Positions 31,320-41,516 of a stretch of 64,000 nucleotides of DNA are shown piece by piece. Numbering within the stretch: the stretch's first letter is position 1; the number at the start of each line of letters is the position of its first letter. The translations under genes and the position numbers were made by a program. The stretch lies in NCBI GenBank assembly GCA_963823035.1, contig CAWGKG010000004.1, positions 352,001-416,000 of the forward strand, in the 5' to 3' direction. The notes beneath the pieces are model-generated. The model saw nothing but the letters and a program-made list of their open reading frames with translations. It searched no databases and had not been told where the DNA came from. Source of the DNA: an uncultured Gemmatimonadales bacterium (lineage in GTDB: Bacteria; Gemmatimonadota; Gemmatimonadetes; Longimicrobiales; Gaopeijiaceae).

Positions 31320-32798
31320 ATGGCTTCCGTCCCCGCCCTCCGGGTCCACCCCCTGAACGGCGCCCCGCTCCGCAAGGACGGCGAGCACGTCCTCTATTGG
31401 ATGGTCACGAGCCGCCGGCTGGGGTGGAACTTCGCGCTCGACCGAGCCCTCGACCACGCGCGCGCCCTCCAGCGCCCGCTGATCGTCCTGGAGGCCCTGC
31501 GCGCCGGGTATCCGTGGGCCTCGGACCGCCACCACGCCTTCGCGATCGCGGGGATGCGCGACAACGCGCGACGCGCGCGGGGAGGCGACGTGGCATACCA
31601 CCCCTATGTGGAGCCCGAAGAGGGCGCCGGGAGCGGGCTCGTCGAAGCGCTCTCCCGCGAAGCCTGCGTCGTGGTCACGGACCTGTATCCCACCTTCTTC
31701 ATCGCGCGGATGCAGCGCGCGGTGGCGGCGCGCCTTGGGGTCCGCCTCGAGGCCGTGGACTCGAACGGCTTGCTGCCGCTCGCCGCCGCTCCGAGGGCCT
31801 TCACGGCGGCGTACCACTTCCGCCGGTTCCTGCAGAAGAACCTCGGCGGCCATCTGGTCGAAGCACCGGCCGCGTCACCGCTGGAGGAGGACGGATTCCC
31901 CGCCTCGGACGGGATCCCCGCGGGCGTGGGAGCACGCTGGCCCGCGGCTCCCGACGCGCTCCTGAACGGCGACGAGGGGGCGCTCGGACGGCTTTCCATC
32001 GATCACGACGTGCCGCCGGTCTCCCTGCCTGCCGGGCCGGTGGCGGCCCGGGCACGGCTCCATGCCTTCCTGGACGACGGCCTGCCTCGGTACGGTGAGG
32101 AGCGGAACCATCCCGACTCGGACGCCGCCAGCGGGTTGAGCCCCTACCTGCACTGGGGGCATCTCTCCGCCCACGAGGCCGTCCACGCGGTGTTGGAGCG
32201 CGAGGGTTGGAGCCCGGCGAGGCTGGCCACCCGGGCCGACGGGAAGCGGGAGGGGTGGTGGGGCGTGGGACCGTCCGCGGAGGCCTTCCTCGACGAGCTG
32301 GTCACGTGGCGGGAGATCGGCTTCGTCCAATGCTGGCACGTACCCGACCACGAGGAATACGACACCCTTCCCGCGTGGGCGCGGGAGACGCTCGCCGAGC
32401 ACGCCGCGGACGCCCGGGAGCACGCCTACACGTACGAGCAGTTCCGCGACGCGGAGACGCACGACGAACTGTGGAACGCCGCCCAGCGTCAGCTCCGGAC
32501 GGACGGCGTCATCCACAACTACCTGCGGATGCTCTGGGGCAAGAAGATCCTCGAGTGGACGGAGCACCCCCGCGACGCGCTGCGCATCATGACCGACCTC
32601 AACAACCGCTACGCCGTCGACGGGCGGGATCCGAACTCCGTCAGCGGGATCTTCTGGGTGCTGGGCCGTTTCGACCGTGGGTGGCCGGAGCGCGAGGTGT
32701 ACGGGAAGGTGCGCTCGATGAGCTCGGTGTCGACGAGGCGGAAGGTACGACTGGTGCGCTACATGGAGCGGTGGGGGAAGGCAAAGAGCGGGGACTGA
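31320..32798 (+). CDS. Class II CPD DNA photolyase
   Basis: VLYWM, SGLSPYLHWGH, THDELWNAAQ, HNYLRMLWGKKILEW, DGRDPN; start could be 31287. Confidence 0.93.
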   Translation: MASVPALRVHPLNGAPLRKDGEHVLYWMVTSRRLGWNFALDRALDHARALQRPLIVLEALRAGYPWASDRHHAFAIAGMRDNARRARGGDVAYHPYVEPEEGAGSGLVEALSREACVVVTDLYPTFFIARMQRAVAARLGVRLEAVDSNGLLPLAAAPRAFTAAYHFRRFLQKNLGGHLVEAPAASPLEEDGFPASDGIPAGVGARWPAAPDALLNGDEGALGRLSIDHDVPPVSLPAGPVAARARLHAFLDDGLPRYGEERNHPDSDAASGLSPYLHWGHLSAHEAVHAVLEREGWSPARLATRADGKREGWWGVGPSAEAFLDELVTWREIGFVQCWHVPDHEEYDTLPAWARETLAEHAADAREHAYTYEQFRDAETHDELWNAAQRQLRTDGVIHNYLRMLWGKKILEWTEHPRDALRIMTDLNNRYAVDGRDPNSVSGIFWVLGRFDRGWPEREVYGKVRSMSSVSTRRKVRLVRYMERWGKAKSGD

Positions 32799-32826
32799 GG
32801 CCGACGACCACCGCCTCGGGGCGGCC

Positions 32827-34020
32827 TCAGCGCTTCCCCAGCTCCTCCAGCGACCTGAGCGCGAAGGCCACGTGCAGCGCCGTGCCGGTCGGCAGCGTGT
32901 CCTCGTCCATCTTGAAGCAGGGATGGTGGACGACCCACGTCGATCCGATCGCCTCATTCCTCATCCCGAGCCCGACGAACACCCCGGGCACGTGCTGCAG
33001 GTAGTACGCGAAGTCCTCACCGCCCATCATCGGGGGCGCTTCCAGCACGGCGTCGGCGCCGAGCAGCTCGGCGCCGATCTCCCGGGCGAGACCCCAGCAG
33101 TGCTCGTCGTTCGTGGTGGGCGGATAGTCGTGGCCGGGGAAGTCGACCGTGGCCGTGCAGCGGTTGGCGGCCGCCACGTGGCCGGCGATCTCCGACACGC
33201 GCTCCTGCAGCCAGCGCAGGTCGTCCATGGTGAGCGCCCGCAGCGTGCCGGTGAGGTCGACCTCCTGGGGGATGACGTTGAACGCCTCGCCGCCGCGCAT
33301 CGTGGTGATGCTCACCACGCCGGCGCCGAGCGGGTCGAGCTCTCGCGACACGATGGTCTGGAGCTCGGTCACGATCTTCGCGGCCGTGACCACGGGATCG
33401 ACGTTGAGGTGCGGTGCGGCGGCGTGGCCGCCCCGTCCCGTCACCTTGATGCGCACGCACCCGGCGGCGGCGAGGAACGTCCCGGTGCGGCCGGACAGCG
33501 TCCCGGACGGCGCGAAGGGCCACACGTGGATGCCGAAGGCGCGCTGCACGGTGGGGTTCTCGAGCGCCCCTTCCTTGCACATGCGGTCGCCTCCGGCGCC
33601 GCCCTCCTCGGCCGGCTGGAAGAAGAGCTTAACGGTGCCACGCAGATCGCCCTCGCGCCCCTTCAGCAGCTTGGCCGCGCCGAGCAGCATCGCCGTGTGA
33701 CAGTCGTGGCCGCAGGCGTGCATCTTCCCGTCGACCTCGCTCCGGAAGTCGACGTCGGCCTCCTCGTGGATGGGCAGCGCGTCCATGTCGGCCCGCAGCG
33801 CGACGCAGGGCCCCTCTCCGGTGCCGAGCGTCGCCACCACGCCGGTCTCCGCGACAGGCCACCGGTAGGAGATGCCGAGCTGGTCGAGCGACTCGCGCAC
33901 GAGGCGGCTGGTCTCCACCTCCTCGTACATGAGCTCGGGGTGTCGGTGCAGGCGACGGCGCAGCTCCACGATCCACCCCTGGATGCCCTTCGCCTCGCCC
34001 AGCAGCTCCTGCGCGTTCAT
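32827..34020 (-). CDS. M20D-family amidohydrolase
   Basis: [38 protein letters not shown]. Confidence 0.95.
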   Translation of the reverse strand: MNAQELLGEAKGIQGWIVELRRRLHRHPELMYEEVETSRLVRESLDQLGISYRWPVAETGVVATLGTGEGPCVALRADMDALPIHEEADVDFRSEVDGKMHACGHDCHTAMLLGAAKLLKGREGDLRGTVKLFFQPAEEGGAGGDRMCKEGALENPTVQRAFGIHVWPFAPSGTLSGRTGTFLAAAGCVRIKVTGRGGHAAAPHLNVDPVVTAAKIVTELQTIVSRELDPLGAGVVSITTMRGGEAFNVIPQEVDLTGTLRALTMDDLRWLQERVSEIAGHVAAANRCTATVDFPGHDYPPTTNDEHCWGLAREIGAELLGADAVLEAPPMMGGEDFAYYLQHVPGVFVGLGMRNEAIGSTWVVHHPCFKMDEDTLPTGTALHVAFALRSLEELGKR

Positions 34021-34223
34021 CTGGCTCCTCTCTCTGTCGCGTGTCCCGGGGGGCGGGGGCCGGGCCCCCGCAGGCGGGACGCAGGCTAGGGCGGCCCGTC
34101 GGCGGCTGCAAGGCAGTGAAGCTTCCGATTGCGTCCCACCGTAGGTTGTGGAGTATTCCCCCGCGCTGGCACACGGGGCACCGACCGGTTGGCGGACCCC
34201 GCAACCCGCAAGGCGAGAACCCT

Positions 34224-34508
34224 ATGATCGACTGGGACAACGTCGCACCGATGATCGTGGCCGTCGTGCTCATCCTCACGGTCGGCGGCGTGGCCGTGCT
34301 GCGCCCGATCGCGAAGCGCATCAGCGACCTGCTGGAGCTGTACACACGCGACAAGCAGTCGGGGCTCGAGAACGACGTGGCCCAGATCCGGGACCTGGTC
34401 GAGACCATGAACGCCCGGTTGCAGCTCATCGAGGAGCGCCAGGACTTCACCGACCGGCTCCTCACGGGCGACAGGAAGAAGGAGAAGGGGGAGCTTACCA
34501 GTGGCTGA
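34224..34508 (+). CDS. Small membrane-anchored coiled-coil protein
   Basis: N-terminal TM followed by a coiled coil ending EERQDFTDRLL. Confidence 0.75.
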   Translation: MIDWDNVAPMIVAVVLILTVGGVAVLRPIAKRISDLLELYTRDKQSGLENDVAQIRDLVETMNARLQLIEERQDFTDRLLTGDRKKEKGELTSG

Positions 34509-34938
34509 CATCATCGACTACGAGATCTTCGGCGACGACATGCAGCTCGTGGAGATCGCCCTCGACCCCGGGGAGGGCGTGCGCGCCGAGGCCGGCGCGA
34601 TGATGTACATGGAGGATCGCCTGATCGAGAAGCGCCTGAAGCCGGGCGAGCGGCTGGGCGTCGACACGGGGTGCATCGTCGGCTTCTCGCGCGCCGTGGA
34701 CTACGACATCCAGCTCGTGGGCGGCTTCAAGAACGCGCTCTTCGGCGGCGAGGGTATCTTCGTGGCGACGCTCACCGGCCCGGGCGTGGTCTACCTGCAG
34801 AGCCTCCCCTTCTCGCGGCTGGCCGACCGGATCGTACAGGCGTCGCGGGTGGGGATCCAGCGCCACGTGGGCGAGAAGCCCGGCGTGGCCGGCCTGGGCG
34901 CGAACATCCTGGGAGGGCTGCTGGGCGGAGACCGGTAG
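34501..34938 (+). pseudogene. TIGR00266/AIM24-family gene with a large in-frame internal deletion
   Basis: N-terminal YEIFGDDMQLVEIALDPGEGVRAEAGAMMYM joined directly to C-terminal VDTGCIVGF...LFGGEG...QSLPFSRLA; only 145 aa. Confidence 0.75.
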
Positions 34939-34956
34939 CGGCGGCGCGGTCCGCGC

Positions 34957-35187
34957 TCAGTGGATCGTATCGAGGCGGTGCGTGTTGGCGTTGATCTTGT
35001 CGACCGCGCGCTGTGCGTCGCCGATCTTCGACGCCCCGGGAAGCGGCATCGTCGAGAGGATCGAATCCTTCTGACGTCGCGTCAGCGTGTCCCGGTCCAC
35101 CTTGGCGGTCGCCGCGCCTTCCCCTGCGGTGCGTCCGCACGCCCAGACGCCGAGCACGGCGAGGGCCACCACGATGACGCGTTTCAT
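34957..35187 (-). CDS. Small lipoprotein
   Basis: MKRVIVVALAVLGVWAC lipobox; RBS GGAG; TRRQKDS...LPGA. Confidence 0.75.
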   Translation of the reverse strand: MKRVIVVALAVLGVWACGRTAGEGAATAKVDRDTLTRRQKDSILSTMPLPGASKIGDAQRAVDKINANTHRLDTIH

Positions 35188-35306
35188 GCGCTCTCTCCTG
35201 CAGGGGCGGGTGCATCGGGACGCTCTTTCCACTGTTGCCGAAGGGGGTCCCCGACGCAAGTTGCCCGGAATCGACCCCGCCGACGTCCTCACGCCCCGAG
35301 GAGCCC

Positions 35307-37043
35307 ATGAACACTCGACATGCCGCCCTCGCGCTCGCCACCGCGCTCGCCGTGGCCGCCTGTGCGCCGCCCGCGGACCGCATCACCGTGGAGGTGACGT
35401 ATCCGGACACGTCGAGCACGGGCCCGCTCGACGGGCGGCTCCTTCTCCTCCTGTCGACGAATCCGGAAGGGGAGCCGCGCACGCAGGTCACGTACGGGGT
35501 CGGGGCGCAGCCGATCTTCGGCGTGGACGTGGACGGTTGGGCTGCGGGGGTCACGGCCACCTTCGCGGACTCGGTCTTCGGATTTCCGGTGCACCGTCTC
35601 GGGGACCTCCCGGCGGGCACGTACCGCGCGCAGGCTCTCCTGAACCGTTACGAGACGTTCCATCGCGCGGACGGGAAGATCGTGAAGCTGCCGCCCGACC
35701 GCGGCGAGGGGCAGCAGTTCGCGAGCAAGCCGGGCAACCTCTACAGCACGCCGGTGACGTTCACCGTCGGCGGGCCGGATACGGAGAACCGCCTCGACCT
35801 GGTCCTCGACCACACCATCGCCCCGGTGGCGGACTTCGCCGCCAAGGAGACGAAGTGGGTGAAGTACGTCCGTATCCGCTCGGATCTCCTGTCCGACTTC
35901 TGGGGAACGGACATGTACGTGGGCGCATGGGTGCTGCTGCCCGCCGGCTTCGACGAGCACCCGGAGGCGCGCTACCCGCTGGCGATCTTCCACGGGCACT
36001 TCCCCTCCTTCTTCGACGCGTGGCGCACCGAGCCCGCCGACACCACCACGCCGTGCGTATACTCCGAGCGCTTCCGGGTGGACTGTTACAACCACACGCT
36101 CGATCAGGGGAACTACCAGGTCTACAAGGACTGGACGTCGCCGGGCTTCCCGCGACACCTGGTCGTCGAGATCCAGCACCCGACGCAGTACTACGACGAC
36201 TCCTACGCCGTGAACTCGGCGGCGCAGGGCCCGTGGGGCGACGCGATCATGCAGGAGCTGATCCCGGAGATCGAGCGCCGCTACCGGGGCATCGGCGAGG
36301 GGTGGGCGCGCTTCACGTACGGAGGCTCCACGGGCGGGTGGGAGGCCATGGCCGTGCAGGTGTTCTACCCGGACGACTTCAACGGCGCCTGGATCGCTTG
36401 TCCCGACCCGATCGACTTCCGTGCCTACGGCACCGTGAACGTCTACGAGGACCGGAACGCCTACCACCTGGACGAGCCCTTCAAGCGCACCCCGCGCCCG
36501 GCCGCACGCGACTGGCTCGGGCACATCAGCGCGACGGTCGAGGAGGCCAACCAGTGGGAGCTGGTGGTGGGCACCCATTCGCGCTCGGGCGGGCAGTGGG
36601 ACATCTGGGAGGCCACGTTCTCGCCGACGGACTCGCTCGGCTACCCGGCGCGCATCTGGGACAAGATGACCGGCGGGATCGACCCGACGGTGGCGGCCTA
36701 CTGGCAGGACAACTACGACCTGGTGCACATCCTGCAACGTGACTGGAAGTCGCTCGGGCCGAAGCTCGTGGGCAAGCTGCACATCTACGCCGGGGACATG
36801 GACAACCTCTACCTCAACGACGCAGCCTACCTGGCCCAGGACTTCCTGGAGTCCACGACCGACCCCTACTACGACGGTGAGGTGGACTTCGGCGACCGGG
36901 CGGAGCACTGCTGGAACGGAGACCACACCCGTCCGAACGCGCTCTCCCGGCTGCGCTACATCCAGATGTTCGCGCCCCGCATGGTCGACCGGATGATGAA
37001 GAACCACCCGCCGGGCGCCGACCTCTCGAGCTGGCGCTATTGA
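35307..37043 (+). CDS. Lipoprotein alpha/beta-hydrolase (putative esterase), paralog 1
   Basis: Lipobox VAAC; YDDSYAVNS, GGSTGGW nucleophile elbow, GDMD, AEHCW. Confidence 0.85.
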   Translation: MNTRHAALALATALAVAACAPPADRITVEVTYPDTSSTGPLDGRLLLLLSTNPEGEPRTQVTYGVGAQPIFGVDVDGWAAGVTATFADSVFGFPVHRLGDLPAGTYRAQALLNRYETFHRADGKIVKLPPDRGEGQQFASKPGNLYSTPVTFTVGGPDTENRLDLVLDHTIAPVADFAAKETKWVKYVRIRSDLLSDFWGTDMYVGAWVLLPAGFDEHPEARYPLAIFHGHFPSFFDAWRTEPADTTTPCVYSERFRVDCYNHTLDQGNYQVYKDWTSPGFPRHLVVEIQHPTQYYDDSYAVNSAAQGPWGDAIMQELIPEIERRYRGIGEGWARFTYGGSTGGWEAMAVQVFYPDDFNGAWIACPDPIDFRAYGTVNVYEDRNAYHLDEPFKRTPRPAARDWLGHISATVEEANQWELVVGTHSRSGGQWDIWEATFSPTDSLGYPARIWDKMTGGIDPTVAAYWQDNYDLVHILQRDWKSLGPKLVGKLHIYAGDMDNLYLNDAAYLAQDFLESTTDPYYDGEVDFGDRAEHCWNGDHTRPNALSRLRYIQMFAPRMVDRMMKNHPPGADLSSWRY

Positions 37044-37402
37044 TGGAGGCGTGCGTCGTCAACATCGGTCCGGCTCAACGCCGGCTGCGGTCCCGCCTCG
37101 GGGTTGCCGCCCTCGCGGTCGCGGTGGTGGCGGGCGTGGGCACGGCGGCGCTCGGCGTGGCTACGTCGCTCCGGGCCGTGCTCGTGCTTCCGCTCCTCTT
37201 CGGCGGCTTCCAGGGGCTGATCCAGGCCCGCGAGAAGACCTGAGTGGGGCTCGCTTCGCGCGGTCTGCGTGACCTCGGGCAGGGCCTGGAGCCCATCACC
37301 GACCCGCACGAGCGCGCGGCGGTGCGAGCCCAGGCCATGGGCGTGACGGGGAAGAGCCTGGCGGCCGCGCTCGTCGTGGGGGCACTCCTCCTGTCGCTCT
37401 GA
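37043..37402 (+). CDS. Candidate membrane selenoprotein (119 aa; in-frame TGA at 37241-37243 = Sec67)
   Basis: The frame stays open for 52 GC3-rich codons past the TGA and ends in a TM helix; SECIS-like hairpin immediately 3' of the TGA. Confidence 0.72.
37244..37280 (+). promoter_or_regulatory. Putative bacterial SECIS element
   Basis: Lower stem GCTCG/CGGGC, upper stem TCGCGC/GCGTGA, apical loop GGTCT starting after an 18-nt spacer from the TGA, as in E. coli fdhF. Confidence 0.68.
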
Positions 37403-37556
37403 TCCGAACGGCGTCGGTCTCGTCGGCGAGCCAGGCCTGGAGCTCGAGCTCCAGGTGGTGGGTTTCGGCCCTCCTTCCCCTGCTTGCCCGGACTCCCGGG
37501 GCGTCCGAAGTTGCCGGGACGACCCTCCGCGACACCGTGCTTCGCCCGGGGACCCC

Positions 37557-40502
37557 ATGAACGTCCGGCTCGACCTTCGCACCCCGGCCATCCTCCTCGG
37601 GGTGGCCTGCTCGATCTCCCTCTCCCTCCCCGCCACCGCCCACGCCCAGGCGGTCGACCCCGCGCTCACGCAAGGGCTGGTCTGGCGCTCGATCGGACCG
37701 CACCGCGGCGGGCGCACGAAGGCCGTGGTGGGCGTGCCCGAGCGGCCGGGGCTGTTCTACGTGGGCTTCGTGAACGGGGGCGTGTGGAAGACCACGGACT
37801 ACGGGCGGGTGTGGACGCCGATCTTCGACGACCAGCCCACCGGCTCGATCGGTGCGATCGCCGTTGCGCCCTCCGATCCGGACGTGATCTACGTGGGGAG
37901 CGGGGAGGGGATGCAGCGCCCCGACCTCACCACGGGCGACGGCATCTACCGTTCCCCGGACGCGGGGGAGACGTGGACGCACCTGGGGCTGCGCGACGGC
38001 CAGCAGATCCCGCAGATCGAGGTGGATCCGCGCGATCCGGACCGCATCTTCGTGGCCGTGCTGGGCCACCCGTATGGTCCGAACGAGGAGCGGGGCGTCT
38101 TCCGCTCCACGGACGGGGGGCGCACGTACGAGAAGGTCCTCTACCGCGGCCCGACCGTAGGCGCGGCCGACGTGGCGCTGGATCCGAGGAACCCGGACGT
38201 GGTCTATGCCGACCTGTGGGAGGCGCAGGAGGGCCCGTGGGAGAACGGGAAGTTCACGGGGCCGGGGAGCGGCGTTTTCAAGTCCACGGACGGCGGTACC
38301 ACGTGGCGGCGGATCGGGACCGGCCTCCCCACGGGGGAGGAGGGGCTGGGGCGCGTGGGCATCGGCATCGCGCCGAGCGACCCGACGCGCATCTACGCGA
38401 TCGCCGCCACGCCCTCGGAGCGGGGCGGTGTGTACCGGAGCGACGACGCGGGGGAGACGTTCCGCCGCATCAACACGGATTCGCGCCTGTGGGGCCGCGA
38501 GGGCGACTTCCACGAGGTGAGGGTCGACCCGACCGATCCGGACATCCTCTACGTCGCGAACGTGGTGACGTGGAAGTCCACGGACGGGGGGAACACCTTC
38601 GAGGCGTTCCGCGGCGCCCCGGGCGGTGACGACTACCAGCGCGTGTGGATCGATCCGACCAACCCACGCGTGATCGCGCTCGCCGCCGACCAGGGCGTGG
38701 TGATCACCGTGAACGGCGGCGAGACGTTCGGCTCGTGGTACAACCAGCCGACGGCGCAGTTCTACCACGTCAGCACGGACAACGCCTTCCCGTACCGGGT
38801 GTGCGGCGGACAGCAGGAGAGCGGGTCCGCCTGCGTGCTGAGCCGGAGCGACGACGGCCAGATCACCTTCCATGACTGGCATCCGGTGGGCGTGGAGGAG
38901 TACGGCTACGTCGCGCCCGATCCGCTCGACCCGGACATCGTCTACGGGGGGAAGGTCACCCGCTTCGACCGGCGCACCGGCGACGTCCAGAACGTGGGCC
39001 CCCGCCCCCTGCGCACCGACGACTACTTCACCGTGCGCACACAGCCGGTGCTCTTCGCACCGACCGACCCGCACACGATGTACTACGCGGCCAACACGCT
39101 GTGGAAGACGACGGACGGGGCGCGCACGTGGGAGCAGATCTCCCCCGACCTGACGCGAACGGACTCGTTGATGCCGGCGAGCATCGAGCCCTGGAAGGAC
39201 GCCCCCGACGCGACGCGCCACCACCGTGGGGTGATCTACACGGTGGCCCCGTCCTACGTGAACGGTGATTGGATCTGGGTGGGCACGGACGACGGCCTGA
39301 TCCAGCTGACGCGCGACGGCGGCAGGACGTGGAAGGACGTGACGCCAGGCCAGATCCGCGACCGCGCCTGGAGCAAGGTCTCGATCATGGACGCGTCGCA
39401 CACGGACACGCTCACGGCCTACGCGGCCGTGAACACCTTCCGCGTGGACGACCTGCGCCCGCACCTGTACGTGACGCACGACGGCGGCACGAGCTGGATG
39501 GAGATCGTGAACGGCATCGCCGAAGGCACGATCACGAATACGATCAAGGAGGACCCGGTGCGCGCGGGGCTCCTGTTCGCGGGCACGGAGCGGCAGGTGT
39601 GGTTCAGCATCGACGACGGGGCGGACTGGCAGTCGCTGCGTCTCAACATGCCGGCGACGTCGATCCGCGACCTGGTGATCAAGGACAACGACCTGGTGGT
39701 CGGCACGCACGGCCGCGGCTTCTGGATCCTCGACGACATCTCCGCGCTGCGACAGATCGACGCCGCCACGTCCTCGCAGGCGGCAAGCCTCTTCGCGCCC
39801 GGCGACGCCGTCCGTTTCCGCTGGAACCGGTGGACGGACACGCCGCTACCGCCCGACGAGCCGGCCGGGCAGAACCCGCCGGACGGCGCCATCCTCTACT
39901 ACTGGCTGGGAGCTGCTCCGAAGGGGCCCGTGACGCTCGAGATCCTGGACGAGGACGGCCGGAGCGTGCGCGTCTTCTCCAGCGACGACGAGCCGGAGCC
40001 CATGCTGGAGGGCCAGCAGGTGCCGCCGCACTGGGTGCGCCCGCCCGGCCGACTGTCCGCGGAGCCGGGTATGCACCGCTTTGTGTGGGACCTGCGTTAC
40101 GAGCGGCCCATAGGGATGCGGCGCGGGTATCCGATCTCGGCGATCGAGGGCTACACCCCCGCAGAGCCGCGCGGACCGATCGCCCGGCCCGGTGACTACG
40201 TCGTGCGTCTCCGGGTCGACGGAAGGGTGGCGAGCCAGTCCCTGCACGTGGAGATGGATCCCCGCGTCGACACGTCGCCCGCCGCGCTCCAGCAGCAGTG
40301 GGAGCTCTCCATGCACATCAAGGAGGTGCTCGACCGGAGGAACGAGCCGGCTGCCGATTCCCCGCGGCTGCGGACGATCTTCGCGGAGCTCGAGTCGCTC
40401 TACAGGATCCTGCAGGGTAGCGACCAGGCGCCCAGCCTCGGCACGATCGCGCTGGTGAACCAGCGCGTGGCGGCCGCGGAGCGGCTGTTGCCGCCGAGGT
40501 AG
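37557..40502 (+). CDS. Exported BNR/Asp-box (VPS10/sortilin-like) beta-propeller glycosyl hydrolase-like protein
   Basis: WRSIGPHRGGR; many SxDGGxTW Asp-boxes; NQPTAQFYHV; GTHGRGFWILDD. Confidence 0.9.
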   Translation: MNVRLDLRTPAILLGVACSISLSLPATAHAQAVDPALTQGLVWRSIGPHRGGRTKAVVGVPERPGLFYVGFVNGGVWKTTDYGRVWTPIFDDQPTGSIGAIAVAPSDPDVIYVGSGEGMQRPDLTTGDGIYRSPDAGETWTHLGLRDGQQIPQIEVDPRDPDRIFVAVLGHPYGPNEERGVFRSTDGGRTYEKVLYRGPTVGAADVALDPRNPDVVYADLWEAQEGPWENGKFTGPGSGVFKSTDGGTTWRRIGTGLPTGEEGLGRVGIGIAPSDPTRIYAIAATPSERGGVYRSDDAGETFRRINTDSRLWGREGDFHEVRVDPTDPDILYVANVVTWKSTDGGNTFEAFRGAPGGDDYQRVWIDPTNPRVIALAADQGVVITVNGGETFGSWYNQPTAQFYHVSTDNAFPYRVCGGQQESGSACVLSRSDDGQITFHDWHPVGVEEYGYVAPDPLDPDIVYGGKVTRFDRRTGDVQNVGPRPLRTDDYFTVRTQPVLFAPTDPHTMYYAANTLWKTTDGARTWEQISPDLTRTDSLMPASIEPWKDAPDATRHHRGVIYTVAPSYVNGDWIWVGTDDGLIQLTRDGGRTWKDVTPGQIRDRAWSKVSIMDASHTDTLTAYAAVNTFRVDDLRPHLYVTHDGGTSWMEIVNGIAEGTITNTIKEDPVRAGLLFAGTERQVWFSIDDGADWQSLRLNMPATSIRDLVIKDNDLVVGTHGRGFWILDDISALRQIDAATSSQAASLFAPGDAVRFRWNRWTDTPLPPDEPAGQNPPDGAILYYWLGAAPKGPVTLEILDEDGRSVRVFSSDDEPEPMLEGQQVPPHWVRPPGRLSAEPGMHRFVWDLRYERPIGMRRGYPISAIEGYTPAEPRGPIARPGDYVVRLRVDGRVASQSLHVEMDPRVDTSPAALQQQWELSMHIKEVLDRRNEPAADSPRLRTIFAELESLYRILQGSDQAPSLGTIALVNQRVAAAERLLPPR

Positions 40503-40663
40503 CCGGACCGCCGCGATGGCCATCGACCGCACGTCCAACTGCGAGACCCGACCCGAGCAGGTGGCCCTCGGTCCGAGCCGCATCGCCATACTGACGGCGG
40601 ACTTCGAGGAGCGGATGTCGGCCGGATCGATGGGCTGCGTCGTCTTCTTCCGCTGAGGGGCGT

Positions 40664-41446
40664 GTGGGCGAAGCGCCTCCGTTCCTCTACGTCGAGCTGG
40701 CCCCCGCGCCGGCGCTGGCGCGCTTCGCGCAGGCGTACTGGGCGTTCGAGGTGCGAGGGCGGAGCCCGATTGCCCGCCACACGGTGTGGCCCGACGGCTG
40801 CCTCTCGTTCGTGTGTCGCTGGCGCTCGGGGGAAGACGTGCTGGTCGCGTTCAGCGGCCCACGCATCGACCCGATCCACGTCCCGGTGCGCGAAGGCGAC
40901 CGCTTCCGCGGTGTGCGCCTGCGGCCCTTCGCCCTCGGCCCCCTGCTGGGGGTGGATCCGCGATCCGTCAGGGACCGGGGCGGCTCCGCTGCGGACCTCC
41001 TGCCCGGCGCGTCGTCGCTGGCGGCCGCCACCGCAGACGCGGAGGAGGCGTTCGACGCGCTCGAGGCGCGCCTCCTGGAGCGCGCCGAGCGTGCGCCGGA
41101 TGCCGATCCGGTGGTGCGGCGCGCGGTGGAGGAGATCGAGGCGGCCGGGGGCACGCGTCCCATCCACGCGGTCGCGGGCCGCGTGGGCCTGGGCGGCCGG
41201 CAGTTGAGGCGCCGGTTCAGGGCGGCCACCGGGCTGAGCCCGAAGGAGTACGCGCGGGTCCGCCGACTCCGGACGATGGCCGGCGAGCGGATCATGGCGG
41301 GAGGGGAGTGGTCGGCACTCGCCGCGCGCTTCGGGTACGCGGACCAGGCGCACCTCGTCCGCGAGTGCGCGCGCATGACGGGGCTCACCCCCACGGCCTT
41401 CGAGCGCCGTCTGCGCCTCATCGAGCATCGCGACGTCGAGCCGTGA
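40664..41446 (+). CDS. AraC-family transcriptional regulator (DUF6597-type N-terminus)
   Basis: VWPDGC; RQLRRRFRAATGLSPKEY; FGYADQAHLVRE. Confidence 0.9.
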   Translation: MGEAPPFLYVELAPAPALARFAQAYWAFEVRGRSPIARHTVWPDGCLSFVCRWRSGEDVLVAFSGPRIDPIHVPVREGDRFRGVRLRPFALGPLLGVDPRSVRDRGGSAADLLPGASSLAAATADAEEAFDALEARLLERAERAPDADPVVRRAVEEIEAAGGTRPIHAVAGRVGLGGRQLRRRFRAATGLSPKEYARVRRLRTMAGERIMAGGEWSALAARFGYADQAHLVRECARMTGLTPTAFERRLRLIEHRDVEP

Positions 41447-41487
41447 CCGTTTTCCTCAAGACGGGTCGTGCCCGCCGGCCGTACCTT
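41445..41487 (+). promoter_or_regulatory. Putative AraC-activated promoter of the downstream gene
   Basis: AT-richer GACCGTTTTCCTCAAGAC (41445-41462) over the -35 position; TACCTT -10 at 41482. Confidence 0.45.
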
Positions 41488-41516
41488 CGGAACCGACCCC
41501 CACCGGAGGATCTCCC

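Noticed and set aside
40516..40656. 46-codon ORF between the BNR gene and the AraC gene
   Set aside because: No convincing family motif; possibly a gene relic but not supportable from sequence alone
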